The notes: generated from the letters alone by a model not told the origin. Positions 36,916 through 48,017 are shown, numbered from the stretch's first letter. The stretch is DNA of 59,751 nucleotides from Flavobacteriales bacterium (GCA_002696275.1 NZRO01000039.1:8923-68673); one strand, 5' to 3'. Made by a program: numbers and translations.

Positions 36916-38015
36916 TTTTTATTCACTTTATAATTTACTCCTCTTTCTTCTAAATAATTTTTTACAAAATTAAAATGCTCTCCCAAATATTCTGGGGGAG
37001 AAATTCCAGTTCTATTATAATCACCATTTATCACTAAGTTTGCTACTGCTGTACATGTATATCCGGTAGTTCTAGACATAGAATTTATTCCATCAGTATA
37101 TCTATCTAAAAGATTATACTCATAACATACTGGAACTTTGTTCTCGTCTCCAATTATTCTTATTCTCATCGCTGTAAAATCTTTATCTCCTTCTTTCATT
37201 TCCCATTTTGGAAATAGGAGTTTAGATGTAAGATCAATTGGCCTAACTTTTTGTCCATTTACTTCAATCTCATCATATGAAAAGAAACCACTCTCTCTTA
37301 AAACTTTTAAATATTCTACACAACCTGGATATCGAAGTGTTTTTTCAATCATATTTGGAACATGTTTCATGGTTTCAATCAAAGTTCGTAGTCCATCTGA
37401 ATTCCAACTTTCTAGGGTTCCTATTTTTTCAAATACAACCAATTCAGTATCTGAAAGAGCTTCTTTTACTACAAGTGAGGAATTCTTAACAAATCTTGCG
37501 GGTCGTATATATTCTTCAATTACATCAATAGGCGAAAAAACAGCCTGATATTCATACGGCCATTCTCTTTTTACTGGAAGCCCCCCAACTAAACACTCAT
37601 AATCTGTAATTTTCATTTTCATGTTATGATAACCAAAGATAATATTCCCCATTCCTGGAGCTACTCCACAATCCATAACTGCTACTACACCTTTTTCTTT
37701 TGCTAACTCGTCTAAACCAAAAGGATCCTCTGGATAAAAAGAAATATCTACAATATTCTTACCAGCTTCAATTACATCTTTCATCATTTTATACCCCATA
37801 AAACCTGGAACAGCACCAATTACTAGGTCAAAATCTTTAATAATATTTTGTAAGGCATTAGTATTAGAAACATCTGCAATAATTGTCTCAATTCCTGATA
37901 ACTTATCTAAGTTATCTTTAGAAATATCTACGCAGGTTACCTCATGTTGAATTGATAAATCTTCAGCCATTACACTACCAACTAATCCTGCTCCTAAAAC
38001 TACAATTCTTGCCAT
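36912..38015 (-). CDS. Saccharopine dehydrogenase / lysine 6-dehydrogenase-like oxidoreductase
   Basis: LGAGLVG Rossmann motif, DCGVAPGM, VGGLP, KTLRYPG, MSRTTG. Confidence 0.82.
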   Translation of the reverse strand: MARIVVLGAGLVGSVMAEDLSIQHEVTCVDISKDNLDKLSGIETIIADVSNTNALQNIIKDFDLVIGAVPGFMGYKMMKDVIEAGKNIVDISFYPEDPFGLDELAKEKGVVAVMDCGVAPGMGNIIFGYHNMKMKITDYECLVGGLPVKREWPYEYQAVFSPIDVIEEYIRPARFVKNSSLVVKEALSDTELVVFEKIGTLESWNSDGLRTLIETMKHVPNMIEKTLRYPGCVEYLKVLRESGFFSYDEIEVNGQKVRPIDLTSKLLFPKWEMKEGDKDFTAMRIRIIGDENKVPVCYEYNLLDRYTDGINSMSRTTGYTCTAVANLVINGDYNRTGISPPEYLGEHFNFVKNYLEERGVNYKVNKK

Positions 38016-38809
38016 TATATCGCTACTTTACCTTTAATATGTGGATGTGGATCATATTCAATAAGTTCAAAATCATCAATAGTAAAATCAAAAATGCTTT
38101 TTATATCTGGATTAATTTTCATCCTAGGAAGTGGTCTTGGATCTCTACTTAATTGTAATTCTGTTTGCTCAAAATGATTTGTATAAATATGTGCGTCTCC
38201 CAAAGTATGAACAAAATCTCCAACCGCCAAATCACAAACTTGTGCCATCATCATAGTAAGTAAAGCGTAAGAAGCAATATTAAAGGGTACTCCTAAAAAA
38301 ATATCTGCGCTTCTTTGATACAATTGACATGAAAGTTTTCCATCTGCGACATAAAATTGAAAAAATGCGTGACAAGGAGGAAGTGCCATCTGATCTATTT
38401 CTCCTACATTCCAAGCGCTAACAATAATTCTTCTGCTATCAGGATTGTGTTTTAAAGATTCAACCACTTGTGATATTTGGTCAATATGCTGTCCATCGGG
38501 AGCTGGCCATGACCTCCATTGGTATCCGTAAACATTTCCCAAATCTCCATTTTCATCTGCCCATTCATCCCAGATTCTAACACCATTTTCTTTTAAATAT
38601 TTTATATTAGTATCTCCTTTTAAGAACCATAGTAATTCGTGTATAATGGATTTTAAGTGTAGTTTTTTAGTAGTTACACAAGGAAATCCTTTGGACAAAT
38701 CAAATCGCATCTGATGTCCAAAAACACTTTTAGTTCCTGTTCCGGTCCTATCTTCTTTTAGCGTGCCTTCTTTCATCACGCGTTTCATCAAATCTAAATA
38801 TTGTTGCAT
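38015..38809 (-). CDS. thyA: Thymidylate synthase
   Basis: [42 protein letters not shown]. Confidence 0.97.
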   Translation of the reverse strand: MQQYLDLMKRVMKEGTLKEDRTGTGTKSVFGHQMRFDLSKGFPCVTTKKLHLKSIIHELLWFLKGDTNIKYLKENGVRIWDEWADENGDLGNVYGYQWRSWPAPDGQHIDQISQVVESLKHNPDSRRIIVSAWNVGEIDQMALPPCHAFFQFYVADGKLSCQLYQRSADIFLGVPFNIASYALLTMMMAQVCDLAVGDFVHTLGDAHIYTNHFEQTELQLSRDPRPLPRMKINPDIKSIFDFTIDDFELIEYDPHPHIKGKVAI

Positions 38810-38815
38810 TTATTC

Positions 38816-40453
38816 TTAAATTAACATTCCTACAATTACAGCTGTAAATAAAGAGGCTAATGTACCTCCTATTAAAGCTAATATTCCTAATCGGGACAAG
38901 TCCCCTCTTCTTTTTGGAGCTAATGATCCTATTCCTCCAATCTGTATTCCTATAGATGCAAAGTTGGCAAAACCACACAAAATATAAGTTGCTATAATCA
39001 TTGATTTTTGCTCAGCAAATAATCCGTTATTCTTCATTTCTCCCAACGACATATATCCGAAAAATTCGTTCAATACAGTTTTCTCTCCTAATAGTTGACC
39101 TACTAAAAACATATCCTCTTTGCAAACTCCCATTAACCATGCAATAGGTGCGCCAATATATCCTAGTATCATATTAAAAGAAAGTTCCGAATATCTAGTA
39201 TTTTCTTCAATCCAACCATTTAAATCAGTCCAAATCCCAATCTTAAATAAAATATAATTTGACATATACATAAGTGCTGTAAACACCAAAAGCATAGCTC
39301 CTACATTTACCGCTAATCTCAGTCCGTCATTAGTTCCCTGGGAAATCGCTTCTAATTCATTTGATATTTCACCCTCTAAATTCACTTCTAAATTAGAATT
39401 AAATTTTTCTTCTTCTGGCAACAATATTTTCGCAGCAACTACAGCTGCAGGTGCCGACATTACAGAAGCCATTATGAGGTGGATCGCAAATTCTTCTCCT
39501 AACATACCAATAAAAGCTGCCAACACTCCGCCAGCAATTGTCGCCATTCCTCCACTCATCAAACACAACATCTCGGACATGGTCATTTTCTCCAAGTATG
39601 GCTTTACAAGTAGAGGAGATTCTGTTTGTCCTAAAAAGATATTTCCTGCAGCCGCTACACTTTCAGGTCCTGATAATTTTAAAGTTTTTTTCATTACCCA
39701 AGCAAAACCATAAACTATTCTTGGCAAAATCCTCCAATAGTAAAACAACGAAGTAAGTGCTGAGAAAAATATTACAGTAGGTAAAACCTGAAAAGCAAAT
39801 ATATATCCCCAAGATTCTGAGGGAATCATTAAATTTCCAAATAAAAACTCGGAACCTTTATTTGTAAAATTAATAATTTTGGCAAATCCTTTTGCGATAA
39901 AATTAAATACGGAATATACAAAAGGAACTTTTAGGATTAGAACAGCAAACAAAATTTGTATTGACAATCCTTTTCCAACCAGTTTCCAATCAATCCCTTT
40001 TCGGTTTCTACTAAATAAGTAGGATATAAGTAATAGTGAAATTACTCCAAGTAATCCTCTAAAAAAAGAAGAAATGGAAAAACCAGAAGAAACTTTTATT
40101 TCAGATCTTTTAAATGCATAGTTTATACCATTTTCATTTAAGACTAAAGAGTTTGCTGAAATTGAAATTTTGTAAAACCTGCTTGTATCTATTGGAGAAA
40201 AATAATGTAAACAAAGTAAATCATCTTGCAATTCCCAATTTCCGACTGCATCCAAATTAATCTGTTTAATTTCATAATCAAATGAGCCATCTTCATTTAA
40301 AGTCATTTCATCATTTTCTGAAATTGGCTTTAAATTCTCTCCAGTTTGTAATGTATCAGGAAGTATAAAATCAAACTTCCAATTTCCTTCAATATTTTGC
40401 CCAAAACAAATTAATGAAAAAAAGGAAAAGAAAAAAAGGATTATTTTTTTCAT
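38816..40453 (-). CDS. nupC: Concentrative nucleoside transporter (NupC/CNT) with N-terminal soluble lipocalin-like domain
   Basis: FAFQVLPTVIFFS, AGNIFLGQTESP, GMATIAG, CGFANFASIGIQIGG; about 120-aa extra N-terminal domain after a signal peptide. Confidence 0.85.
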   Translation of the reverse strand: MKKIILFFFSFFSLICFGQNIEGNWKFDFILPDTLQTGENLKPISENDEMTLNEDGSFDYEIKQINLDAVGNWELQDDLLCLHYFSPIDTSRFYKISISANSLVLNENGINYAFKRSEIKVSSGFSISSFFRGLLGVISLLLISYLFSRNRKGIDWKLVGKGLSIQILFAVLILKVPFVYSVFNFIAKGFAKIINFTNKGSEFLFGNLMIPSESWGYIFAFQVLPTVIFFSALTSLFYYWRILPRIVYGFAWVMKKTLKLSGPESVAAAGNIFLGQTESPLLVKPYLEKMTMSEMLCLMSGGMATIAGGVLAAFIGMLGEEFAIHLIMASVMSAPAAVVAAKILLPEEEKFNSNLEVNLEGEISNELEAISQGTNDGLRLAVNVGAMLLVFTALMYMSNYILFKIGIWTDLNGWIEENTRYSELSFNMILGYIGAPIAWLMGVCKEDMFLVGQLLGEKTVLNEFFGYMSLGEMKNNGLFAEQKSMIIATYILCGFANFASIGIQIGGIGSLAPKRRGDLSRLGILALIGGTLASLFTAVIVGMLI

Positions 40454-41046
40454 TTCTGATCTTCTCTCCTGTTTATCTCATCTCTTATCTCAGATGCTCT
40501 TTCATAATTTTCATCTTCAATTGCTTCTTTCATTAACTTTTTCAATTCTCCTAAAGATAAAGTTTCCAAAACATCCTTTTGATTTTCCTCTTCTTGTAAA
40601 TCATCATCTTTGTATGCAGGTGTGTAATCGTCAGTAAGAATTATTCCAGCCTCTTGTAAGATATCATTATAAGTAAAAATAGGGCATCCCATTCTTATTG
40701 CAATTGCAATTGCATCTGAGGTCCTAGCATCTATTTCAATTTCCTCATCTCCATCCATGAAACAAAAGAAAGAAGCATGAAAAACACCTTCTCTTAAAGT
40801 ATGAATAACTACTCTACTTACAGTAATCTGAAAATTATTTGTAATTGATTTTATTATATCATGAGTAAGAGGTCGTTCTAGATTTTGATGACTTTCTAGA
40901 AATATAGCAATAGATCCAGCATTACAAGGACCTATTACAATTGGAAGCTTTCTTTCTCCCCCTATTTCTCTTAAAAGTAAAACATACGAACTTTTATGAG
41001 AACTACTTGGTTCTAACCTCTCTATATCTAATTGAACTAATTTCAA
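40450..41046 (-). CDS. Bifunctional nuclease family (DUF151) protein with C-terminal UVR domain
   Basis: LPIVIG, RPLTHD, DARTSDAIAIA; tail LKKLMKEAIEDENYERASEIRDEI. TTG start. Confidence 0.88.
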   Translation of the reverse strand: MKLVQLDIERLEPSSSHKSSYVLLLREIGGERKLPIVIGPCNAGSIAIFLESHQNLERPLTHDIIKSITNNFQITVSRVVIHTLREGVFHASFFCFMDGDEEIEIDARTSDAIAIAIRMGCPIFTYNDILQEAGIILTDDYTPAYKDDDLQEEENQKDVLETLSLGELKKLMKEAIEDENYERASEIRDEINRREDQK

Positions 41047-41049
41047 AAC

Positions 41050-41994
41050 TTAGTTTTTAAAATTCTTTATTTCTTCAATAAACTTTGGTACAACTTCAAA
41101 AGCGTCTCCAATAATTCCATAATCTGCTGCCTTAAAAAAAGGAGCTTCAGGATCCGTATTAATCGCTACCATTATTTTTGAAGAATTAACACCTGCCAAA
41201 TGCTGAATTGCACCTGAAATACCTATAGCAATGTATAAATCAGCTGTAACTGGCTTTCCGGTTTGACCTACATGTTCTGAATGAGGCCTCCATCCAATAT
41301 CTGAAACTGGTTTTGAACAAGCTGTTGCCGCACCTAACACATCCGCCAATTCCTCGATCATCCCCCAATTTTCTGGGCCTTTTAAACCTCTTCCCGCTGA
41401 AACAACAATTTCAGCTTCTGAAATTGAAATTTTACCACTAGCTGTTTCTTGTCCTTCAAATAAAAGATCACCTTCTTCTGAAAAATCAGATCTTTCAATT
41501 GTACAATCTATTTGGTTCTCTTTTAAACCAAAAGAATTAGGAGAAATAGATAATATTGTCTTTTCTGTATTTGATTTTACTGTCTCAATAGCTTTTGTAG
41601 AGAAAGATTTTCTTTTTACTGTAATTTCAGAGGATTTCGTTAATGAAATAACATTTGCAATACATGCTGCAGACAATTTTACCGACAATCTAGGAGCAAT
41701 CATTCTAGAGGTATGTGTTCCTGAAAACACAATAACGCAAGCATCTAATGATAATTCTGCAATTATTTTTGAAGCAGATTGACTATCTCCTTTATTTAAA
41801 GAAGGAATTGAAACTACCTTTGAAGCACCGTAAGACCCTAACTTTAACAACTCTTTTTCAGAGACATCTTCTAAAGATACCGCAACTACATTTGTGCTCA
41901 ACATTTTTGCTGTTTCACTTGCATAAGAAACTGCTTCAAATGTGCTTTTTCTAAAATTCCCTCCCCAACTTTCTGCATATACTAATACTGACAT
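41050..41994 (-). CDS. etfA: Electron transfer flavoprotein alpha subunit
   Basis: VVSAGRGL, SKPV, VGQTG, YIAIGISGAIQHLAG, AINTDPEAPFF.ADYG. Confidence 0.95.
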   Translation of the reverse strand: MSVLVYAESWGGNFRKSTFEAVSYASETAKMLSTNVVAVSLEDVSEKELLKLGSYGASKVVSIPSLNKGDSQSASKIIAELSLDACVIVFSGTHTSRMIAPRLSVKLSAACIANVISLTKSSEITVKRKSFSTKAIETVKSNTEKTILSISPNSFGLKENQIDCTIERSDFSEEGDLLFEGQETASGKISISEAEIVVSAGRGLKGPENWGMIEELADVLGAATACSKPVSDIGWRPHSEHVGQTGKPVTADLYIAIGISGAIQHLAGVNSSKIMVAINTDPEAPFFKAADYGIIGDAFEVVPKFIEEIKNFKN

Positions 41995-42010
41995 TTTTTA
42001 TATTTTTTAG

Positions 42011-42757
42011 TTAAATAACCTTTGCTTCATTATGTAATAAATGTACGAGTTCAGATACATTAGACGCATCTACAAATTTACAACCAGCTTTTTCCTCAGG
42101 TTTTGCAAAACTTACAGATGTAGAATACTTACTAGAAGAAACAGGTTCTATTACAGACAATGGTTTTGTCCTAGACTGCATAATACCTCTCATATTTGGA
42201 ATCCTTAATTCATTTTCTAACACCAATCCTTTCTGACCTCCTATGACCATAGGTAGAGGAGAAGTAATCATCTCCTTTCCTCCATCAATTTCTCTTACAA
42301 GTTTTACACTATTTCCTTCAATCTCTAATCCAATACAAGCATTCACAAGTGGTAAATTAGTCATTTCGGAAATCATTCCAGGAACAGCCCCTCCATTATA
42401 ATCTATCGATTCTCTTCCTGCAATAATTAAATCAAAACTATTTTGTTTAATATATTCCGAAATTTCAAAGGCTACTGAAAAACTATCATGAGGATTCATA
42501 TTTACTCTAACAGCATCATCCGCTCCTATAGCTAGAGCCTTTCTCATTACGGGTTCTACCGACACATCTCCAACAGTAATAACAGTCACTTTACCTCCTA
42601 TCGATTCTTTAATCATAATAGATTTTGTAAGTCCAAACTCATCATAAGGATTAATTACAAACTGAATGCCGTTGTTATCAAATTTAGTATTATTATCTGT
42701 AAAATTAATTTTAGATGTTGTATCTGGAACACTACTAATACAAACTAATATATTCAT
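42011..42757 (-). CDS. etfB: Electron transfer flavoprotein beta subunit
   Basis: LVCIS.VPDT, NPYDE, ALAIGADDA, GRESIDYNGG, RIPNMRGIM. Confidence 0.95.
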   Translation of the reverse strand: MNILVCISSVPDTTSKINFTDNNTKFDNNGIQFVINPYDEFGLTKSIMIKESIGGKVTVITVGDVSVEPVMRKALAIGADDAVRVNMNPHDSFSVAFEISEYIKQNSFDLIIAGRESIDYNGGAVPGMISEMTNLPLVNACIGLEIEGNSVKLVREIDGGKEMITSPLPMVIGGQKGLVLENELRIPNMRGIMQSRTKPLSVIEPVSSSKYSTSVSFAKPEEKAGCKFVDASNVSELVHLLHNEAKVI

Positions 42758-42907
42758 ATTTTATTTTTTAATTATAATTAGATTGCAAATCTAATAAAAA
42801 TGATGTTCAAAATTCTTTAAAAGAACAAAAAAACCAATACAAATATGTACTTTCAATAAAAATACTATTTTTGCAATCCTTTTAAACTAATATTAAAAAA
42901 AATTAAA

Positions 42908-45181
42908 ATGGAATCAATGATGATATATATGCCAATTGTTATGGCAATTATTGGATTGTTATTTACAGCAATCAAAAGAAATTGGATAATGAAGCAAGAT
43001 GCAGGTGATGGTAAAATGAAAGAAATATCTGATCATATCTACACTGGAGCTTTAGCCTTTTTAAATGCAGAGTACAAACTACTTACAGTATTTGTAATAA
43101 TTGTTAGTATATTGTTATTTATCGTTTCTACAATTGTACCTTCAACACATTGGATGATTGTAATCGCATTTATATTTGGAGCTATTTTTTCAGCATATGC
43201 AGGAAATATTGGAATGAAAATTGCTACCAGAACCAATGTTAGAACAACCCAAGCTGCTAAAACATCTTTACCTGAGGCATTGAAAATTTCTTTTGGAGGA
43301 GGAACAGTTATGGGGCTTGGAGTAGCTGGTTTAGCAGTGCTAGGACTTACAGGATTTTTTATATTTTTTCATAACTACTTTGCAGGAGAAGAAAAAGCTA
43401 TGTTAATTACTTTAGAGGCTCTTGCTGGATTTTCGCTGGGTGCAGAATCTATCGCTTTATTTGCAAGAGTTGGTGGAGGAATATATACTAAAGCTGCCGA
43501 TGTTGGAGCGGATTTAGTTGGAAAAGTAGAAGCAGATATCCCTGAAGATGACCCAAGAAATCCCGCTACAATTGCTGATAATGTAGGTGATAATGTAGGT
43601 GATGTTGCTGGAATGGGAGCGGACTTATTCGGATCCTATGTAGCAACTGTACTAGCAGCAATGTTACTTGGATACTATTTGATGGAGGATATGATTAGTG
43701 AATCTGTAAGTGGAACTTTTGAAATAGTAGGTGGAATACTTAATGGACCTATTCTATTGCCAATGTCAATCGCTGGAGCTGGAATCATTATTTCGATGAT
43801 TGGAACAATGCTGGTAAAAATAACTGACAATAATGCTAAGGAAAATAAGGTTATGGCTGCGCTAAACAAAGGAAATATTACTTCAATTTTATTAGTAGCT
43901 ATTTCTAGCTATTTTTTAACAATATATATGTTGCCTGAGATAATGATTATGGACTTTTTTGGTGAAGGGATGCAGAAGTTTAGTTCCCTGGAGGTCTTTT
44001 ATGCTTCATTAGTTGGTTTATTAGTTGGCGGTCTCATTTCTTCAGTAACTGAATACTATACTGGATTAGGTAAAAAACCTATTCTAAAGATTGTTCAACA
44101 ATCTAGTACTGGAGCAGCAACTAATATTATATCTGGTTTAGCTACAGGTATGATATCTACATTTCCATCTATATTATTATTTGCAGGAGCTATTTGGGCT
44201 TCTTACGAATTTGCTGGATTTTATGGTGTAGCAATGTCAGCATCTGCCATGATGGCTACTACCGCTATGCAGTTAGCAATTGATGCATTTGGTCCAATTG
44301 CAGATAATGCGGGTGGTATTGCAGAAATGAGTGAACAAGACCCTGTTGTTAGAGAAAGAACTGACATTCTTGACTCTGTGGGTAATACTACCGCTGCTAC
44401 TGGAAAAGGTTTTGCTATTGCTTCAGCTGCATTAACTTCATTAGCTTTATTTGCAGCATATGTTACTTTTACAGAAATTGATGGAATTAACATTTTCAAA
44501 GCTCCTGTTCTAGCGATGTTATTTATTGGAGGAATGGTTCCTGTTGTCTTTTCCGCACTTGCGATGAATGCAGTTGGGAAAGCTGCAATGGAAATGGTTT
44601 ATGAAGTAAGAAGGCAGTTTAAAGAAATTCCAGGAATTATGGAAGGAAAAGGAAAACCAGAATATGACAAATGTGTAGACATCTCAACTAAAGCATCCTT
44701 AAAACAAATGATGGCGCCGGGCTTACTAACTATTTTATTTCCACTTGGAATTGCATTTTTACCAATGTTATTTGGAATGGATAATAAGGAAATTGCTGAA
44801 ATGTTAGGTGGTTATATGGCTGGTGTTACTGTTAGTGGGGTACTCTGGGCTATCTTCCAGAATAATGCTGGAGGAGCTTGGGATAATGCAAAGAAATCTT
44901 TTGAAGCTGGAGTTGAAATAAATGGTGAAATGACCTATAAAGGATCTGAAGCTCATAAAGCTTCTGTAACTGGAGATACAGTTGGAGATCCTTTTAAAGA
45001 TACCTCAGGACCTTCTATGAATATTCTAATTAAATTAACTTGTTTAATTGGTTTAGTTGTAGCTCCAATCTTAGGAGGACATGCAGAAGATAGTCATCTT
45101 GAAAAGGCAAAAGAAGTTACAATTGAACATGTAAAAGAAGATAATTCAGAAAAAGAAGAGACTTCAGTTATTTTAGATTAA
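42908..45181 (+). CDS. hppA: Membrane-bound ion-translocating pyrophosphatase, K+-dependent, predicted H+-pumping type
   Basis: [77 protein letters not shown]. Confidence 0.95.
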   Translation: MESMMIYMPIVMAIIGLLFTAIKRNWIMKQDAGDGKMKEISDHIYTGALAFLNAEYKLLTVFVIIVSILLFIVSTIVPSTHWMIVIAFIFGAIFSAYAGNIGMKIATRTNVRTTQAAKTSLPEALKISFGGGTVMGLGVAGLAVLGLTGFFIFFHNYFAGEEKAMLITLEALAGFSLGAESIALFARVGGGIYTKAADVGADLVGKVEADIPEDDPRNPATIADNVGDNVGDVAGMGADLFGSYVATVLAAMLLGYYLMEDMISESVSGTFEIVGGILNGPILLPMSIAGAGIIISMIGTMLVKITDNNAKENKVMAALNKGNITSILLVAISSYFLTIYMLPEIMIMDFFGEGMQKFSSLEVFYASLVGLLVGGLISSVTEYYTGLGKKPILKIVQQSSTGAATNIISGLATGMISTFPSILLFAGAIWASYEFAGFYGVAMSASAMMATTAMQLAIDAFGPIADNAGGIAEMSEQDPVVRERTDILDSVGNTTAATGKGFAIASAALTSLALFAAYVTFTEIDGINIFKAPVLAMLFIGGMVPVVFSALAMNAVGKAAMEMVYEVRRQFKEIPGIMEGKGKPEYDKCVDISTKASLKQMMAPGLLTILFPLGIAFLPMLFGMDNKEIAEMLGGYMAGVTVSGVLWAIFQNNAGGAWDNAKKSFEAGVEINGEMTYKGSEAHKASVTGDTVGDPFKDTSGPSMNILIKLTCLIGLVVAPILGGHAEDSHLEKAKEVTIEHVKEDNSEKEETSVILD

Positions 45182-45199
45182 CCATTAAAAGTGTTTATT

Positions 45200-45742
45200 A
45201 TGAAAAACTTATTTTATAATTTAATAAATATATTTCTTACAATCATAATTATTTCTTGTACAGGTAATTCTGAAAAGAAATCCTCCTCAACCGAAATACC
45301 AGTAAAAGAAATATCTGTGCACAACGAAGTGGAAGGTACTTATGAATCTAATCGCCCTACATTTAGTTCAATTGCAAGTTCTTATACTACAAATTTAATT
45401 CCTGATACTGAACAAGTTAGTATTAATCAAATTACAATATCTAACAAGTTAGATTGTAATAGTGAAAATATAAATCTATGCAATGAACTTTTAGCGTTTT
45501 TTAAAAATGCTACTGAGTTTAACTTTCTAGCTACAGAAGAGTTTGCTAAGGTTGATGAAGGAAAAAAGAATGTTTATATCATTAAAGGAAACTTTAGTGG
45601 TGGAGACAGAAAAGTAAATGCTACTTTTCTCTACTCTGTTCATGCCAATTATTTTAAAGGCAATATAATAATTGACACTCCAACTGAGTTTTCTAGTACA
45701 AGAGATAAGATTATTAGTATTTCTGTTAAAGGAAAAAAATAA
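45200..45742 (+). CDS. Hypothetical lipoprotein
   Basis: Start reassigned to ATG 45200; lipobox IIISC. Confidence 0.65.
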   Translation: MKNLFYNLINIFLTIIIISCTGNSEKKSSSTEIPVKEISVHNEVEGTYESNRPTFSSIASSYTTNLIPDTEQVSINQITISNKLDCNSENINLCNELLAFFKNATEFNFLATEEFAKVDEGKKNVYIIKGNFSGGDRKVNATFLYSVHANYFKGNIIIDTPTEFSSTRDKIISISVKGKK

Positions 45743-45759
45743 ATAGATAAAAAATCATT

Positions 45760-45791
45760 AAAAAACCACTTAATTAATTAAGTGGTTTTTT
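45760..45791. terminator. Perfect 32-bp palindrome; bidirectional terminator between convergent genes
   Basis: AAAAAACCACTTAATTAATTAAGTGGTTTTTT, with a T-run available on either strand. Confidence 0.8.
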
Positions 45792-45803
45792 TATATTATA
45801 TTT

Positions 45804-46418
45804 TTAAAACAAACCATTTATCTCAGCGTCTATTTTCTGAATAATAGATCCTAAATCTTCTTCATTTTCAGAAAAATTAATATCATCAACATCTATAATG
45901 AGAAGTCTTCCTTTATCATACTCAGATATCCATGCTTCATACCTATCATTAAGTTGAGTAAGATAATCTAACCTGATACTATTTTCATAATCTCTACCTC
46001 TTTTTTGTATTTGACTAACTAATGTAGGCACAGAAGCTCTCAAGTAAATCAGCAAGTCCGGCCCCTCTACTAGAGAATCCATCAAATTAAAAAGTTCTTT
46101 ATAGTTTTCAAAATCACGAGAAGACATTAATCCCATAGAGTGAAGATTTGGAGCAAAAATATAAGCGTCTTCATAAATAGTTCTATCCTGAATAAAGTTC
46201 TTGTCTTCTTTCTTAATATCAATAATCTGACGAAACCTACTATTTAGAAAATAAACTTGCAAATTAAAACTCCATCTTTGCATTTCCTTATAAAAATCAT
46301 TTAAATAGGGGTTGTTTTCCACATCCTCAAAATGTGGTTTCCACTTATAATGTTTTGAAAGCTTGGTTGTTAATGTTGTTTTACCAGAACCTATATTTCC
46401 AGCTATTGCTACATGCAT
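45804..46418 (-). CDS. Deoxynucleoside kinase
   Basis: AGNIGSGKTT P-loop, QVYFL..R, DRTIYED, LIYL, IQKRGRDYE lid. Confidence 0.92.
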   Translation of the reverse strand: MHVAIAGNIGSGKTTLTTKLSKHYKWKPHFEDVENNPYLNDFYKEMQRWSFNLQVYFLNSRFRQIIDIKKEDKNFIQDRTIYEDAYIFAPNLHSMGLMSSRDFENYKELFNLMDSLVEGPDLLIYLRASVPTLVSQIQKRGRDYENSIRLDYLTQLNDRYEAWISEYDKGRLLIIDVDDINFSENEEDLGSIIQKIDAEINGLF

Positions 46419-46496
46419 ATTTTTTAAAAATTTTTGATAAAAATAAAAAAACTTTAGTGTTTATAAGATATTTATAATATCTGATTAGAGTTAATG

Positions 46497-48017
46497 TTAA
46501 TAAGTTCTGTTCGCTTGTAGAATATCTAGAAATATTTTAGTGGAATTATCTAATCTTGGGACTTTATACTGACCTCCTAGTCTATTATTTTTTGAAAGCC
46601 AATTATAAAAGATTCCTTTTTTCACATCAATTAACTCAGGTGGAAGTAATAAATAATCTTTATATCTTTTTGATTCATAATCCGAGTTTAATTTCTTTAA
46701 TGAATCATCTAAATCTCTCATAAAATCAGACTTAGAAGCTGGGAATCTAACAAACTCTATAATCCATTTATGAACCGCAATCGCCTCGTTAATAAAAAAT
46801 GGTGAAACTATATAATTCGATATAGTACAATTATGTTTTTCCGCGCAGATTTTTAAAGCTTCATCTGCATTTTCTACCATTAATTCTTCTCCAACTGCAT
46901 TCAAATAACTCTGAGTCCTACCAACTATTTTTATCCGATAAGGATCTAAAGATGTAAACCTGACTGTATCTCCAATAATATATCTCCACAAACCTGCATT
47001 TGTAGAAATCACTATCACATACGTTGTATTTAGAGAAACATCTTTCAAACATAGAGCTTCCTTATTACCTTTGTTAAACTTATCCAGAGGAATAAATTCA
47101 TAAAATATTCCATAATCCAACATTAATAGCAAGTCCTTTTCCTGTTTCTGATCCTGAATTCCAAAGAACCCTTCAGAAGCATTATAACCTTCCAAGTAAT
47201 TCATATTTCCTTTAGTAATTAGCTTCTCAAACTGATTTTTATAAGGACTAAAGTTAACTCCACCATGCATGTATAATTCTAGATTAGGCCAAACTTCCTG
47301 TATATTTTCAGCTCCTGATTTCTCTAAAATCTTATTTAACAAAACTAAAACCCATGAACAAACTCCTGTAATATTAGTAATATCTTCTCGCAATACTTGA
47401 TCTGATATTAAATCTAGCTTGAGTTCCCAATCTTTTAACAAAGCTGTTTGTAAATCTGGAGATCGATGCATATTTACCCAAAATGGAAAATTATTTATTA
47501 ATATAGCAGATAAATCACCATCTGTATAGTTATATACCATATTCTGTTCTAAACTACCTCCTAACATTAACCCTTTTCCATTATACAAGTTTGTTTCTGG
47601 AAAATTATTACAATATAAAGAAAGCATATCTTTTCCTCCTTTAAAATGACACTCTTCTAAAGAATCTCTAGATATAGGAATGAATTTACTTTTATCATTT
47701 GTAGTTCCTGATGACCTAGCAAACCAATGTACTTTACCTGGCCATAACACATCCTTTTCGCTCTCTCTAACCCTATTTATATAAGAAAATAATTCTTCAT
47801 ATGTACGTACTGGAACTTGTTTACGGAAATCGACAATTGAATTAATCTTATGAAATTTATGATCTTCCCCAAATGAGGTATTTTTTCCTTTTTCTATTAA
47901 CAATGAAAAAACTTCTTTCTGCACATCATGAGGAAATTTCCTAAATAAATTAATCTGATGAATTCTTTTTTTCATCACCCAAGAAAGAATAGAGTTTTTA
48001 AAAGGAATATTGATCAA
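46497..48017 (-). CDS. GH3 (auxin-responsive promoter) family acyl-adenylate-forming enzyme
   Basis: RSSGTT, YNASEG, GLWRY.IGD, GGQYKVPRL motifs. Confidence 0.88.
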   Translation of the reverse strand: MINIPFKNSILSWVMKKRIHQINLFRKFPHDVQKEVFSLLIEKGKNTSFGEDHKFHKINSIVDFRKQVPVRTYEELFSYINRVRESEKDVLWPGKVHWFARSSGTTNDKSKFIPISRDSLEECHFKGGKDMLSLYCNNFPETNLYNGKGLMLGGSLEQNMVYNYTDGDLSAILINNFPFWVNMHRSPDLQTALLKDWELKLDLISDQVLREDITNITGVCSWVLVLLNKILEKSGAENIQEVWPNLELYMHGGVNFSPYKNQFEKLITKGNMNYLEGYNASEGFFGIQDQKQEKDLLLMLDYGIFYEFIPLDKFNKGNKEALCLKDVSLNTTYVIVISTNAGLWRYIIGDTVRFTSLDPYRIKIVGRTQSYLNAVGEELMVENADEALKICAEKHNCTISNYIVSPFFINEAIAVHKWIIEFVRFPASKSDFMRDLDDSLKKLNSDYESKRYKDYLLLPPELIDVKKGIFYNWLSKNNRLGGQYKVPRLDNSTKIFLDILQANRTY

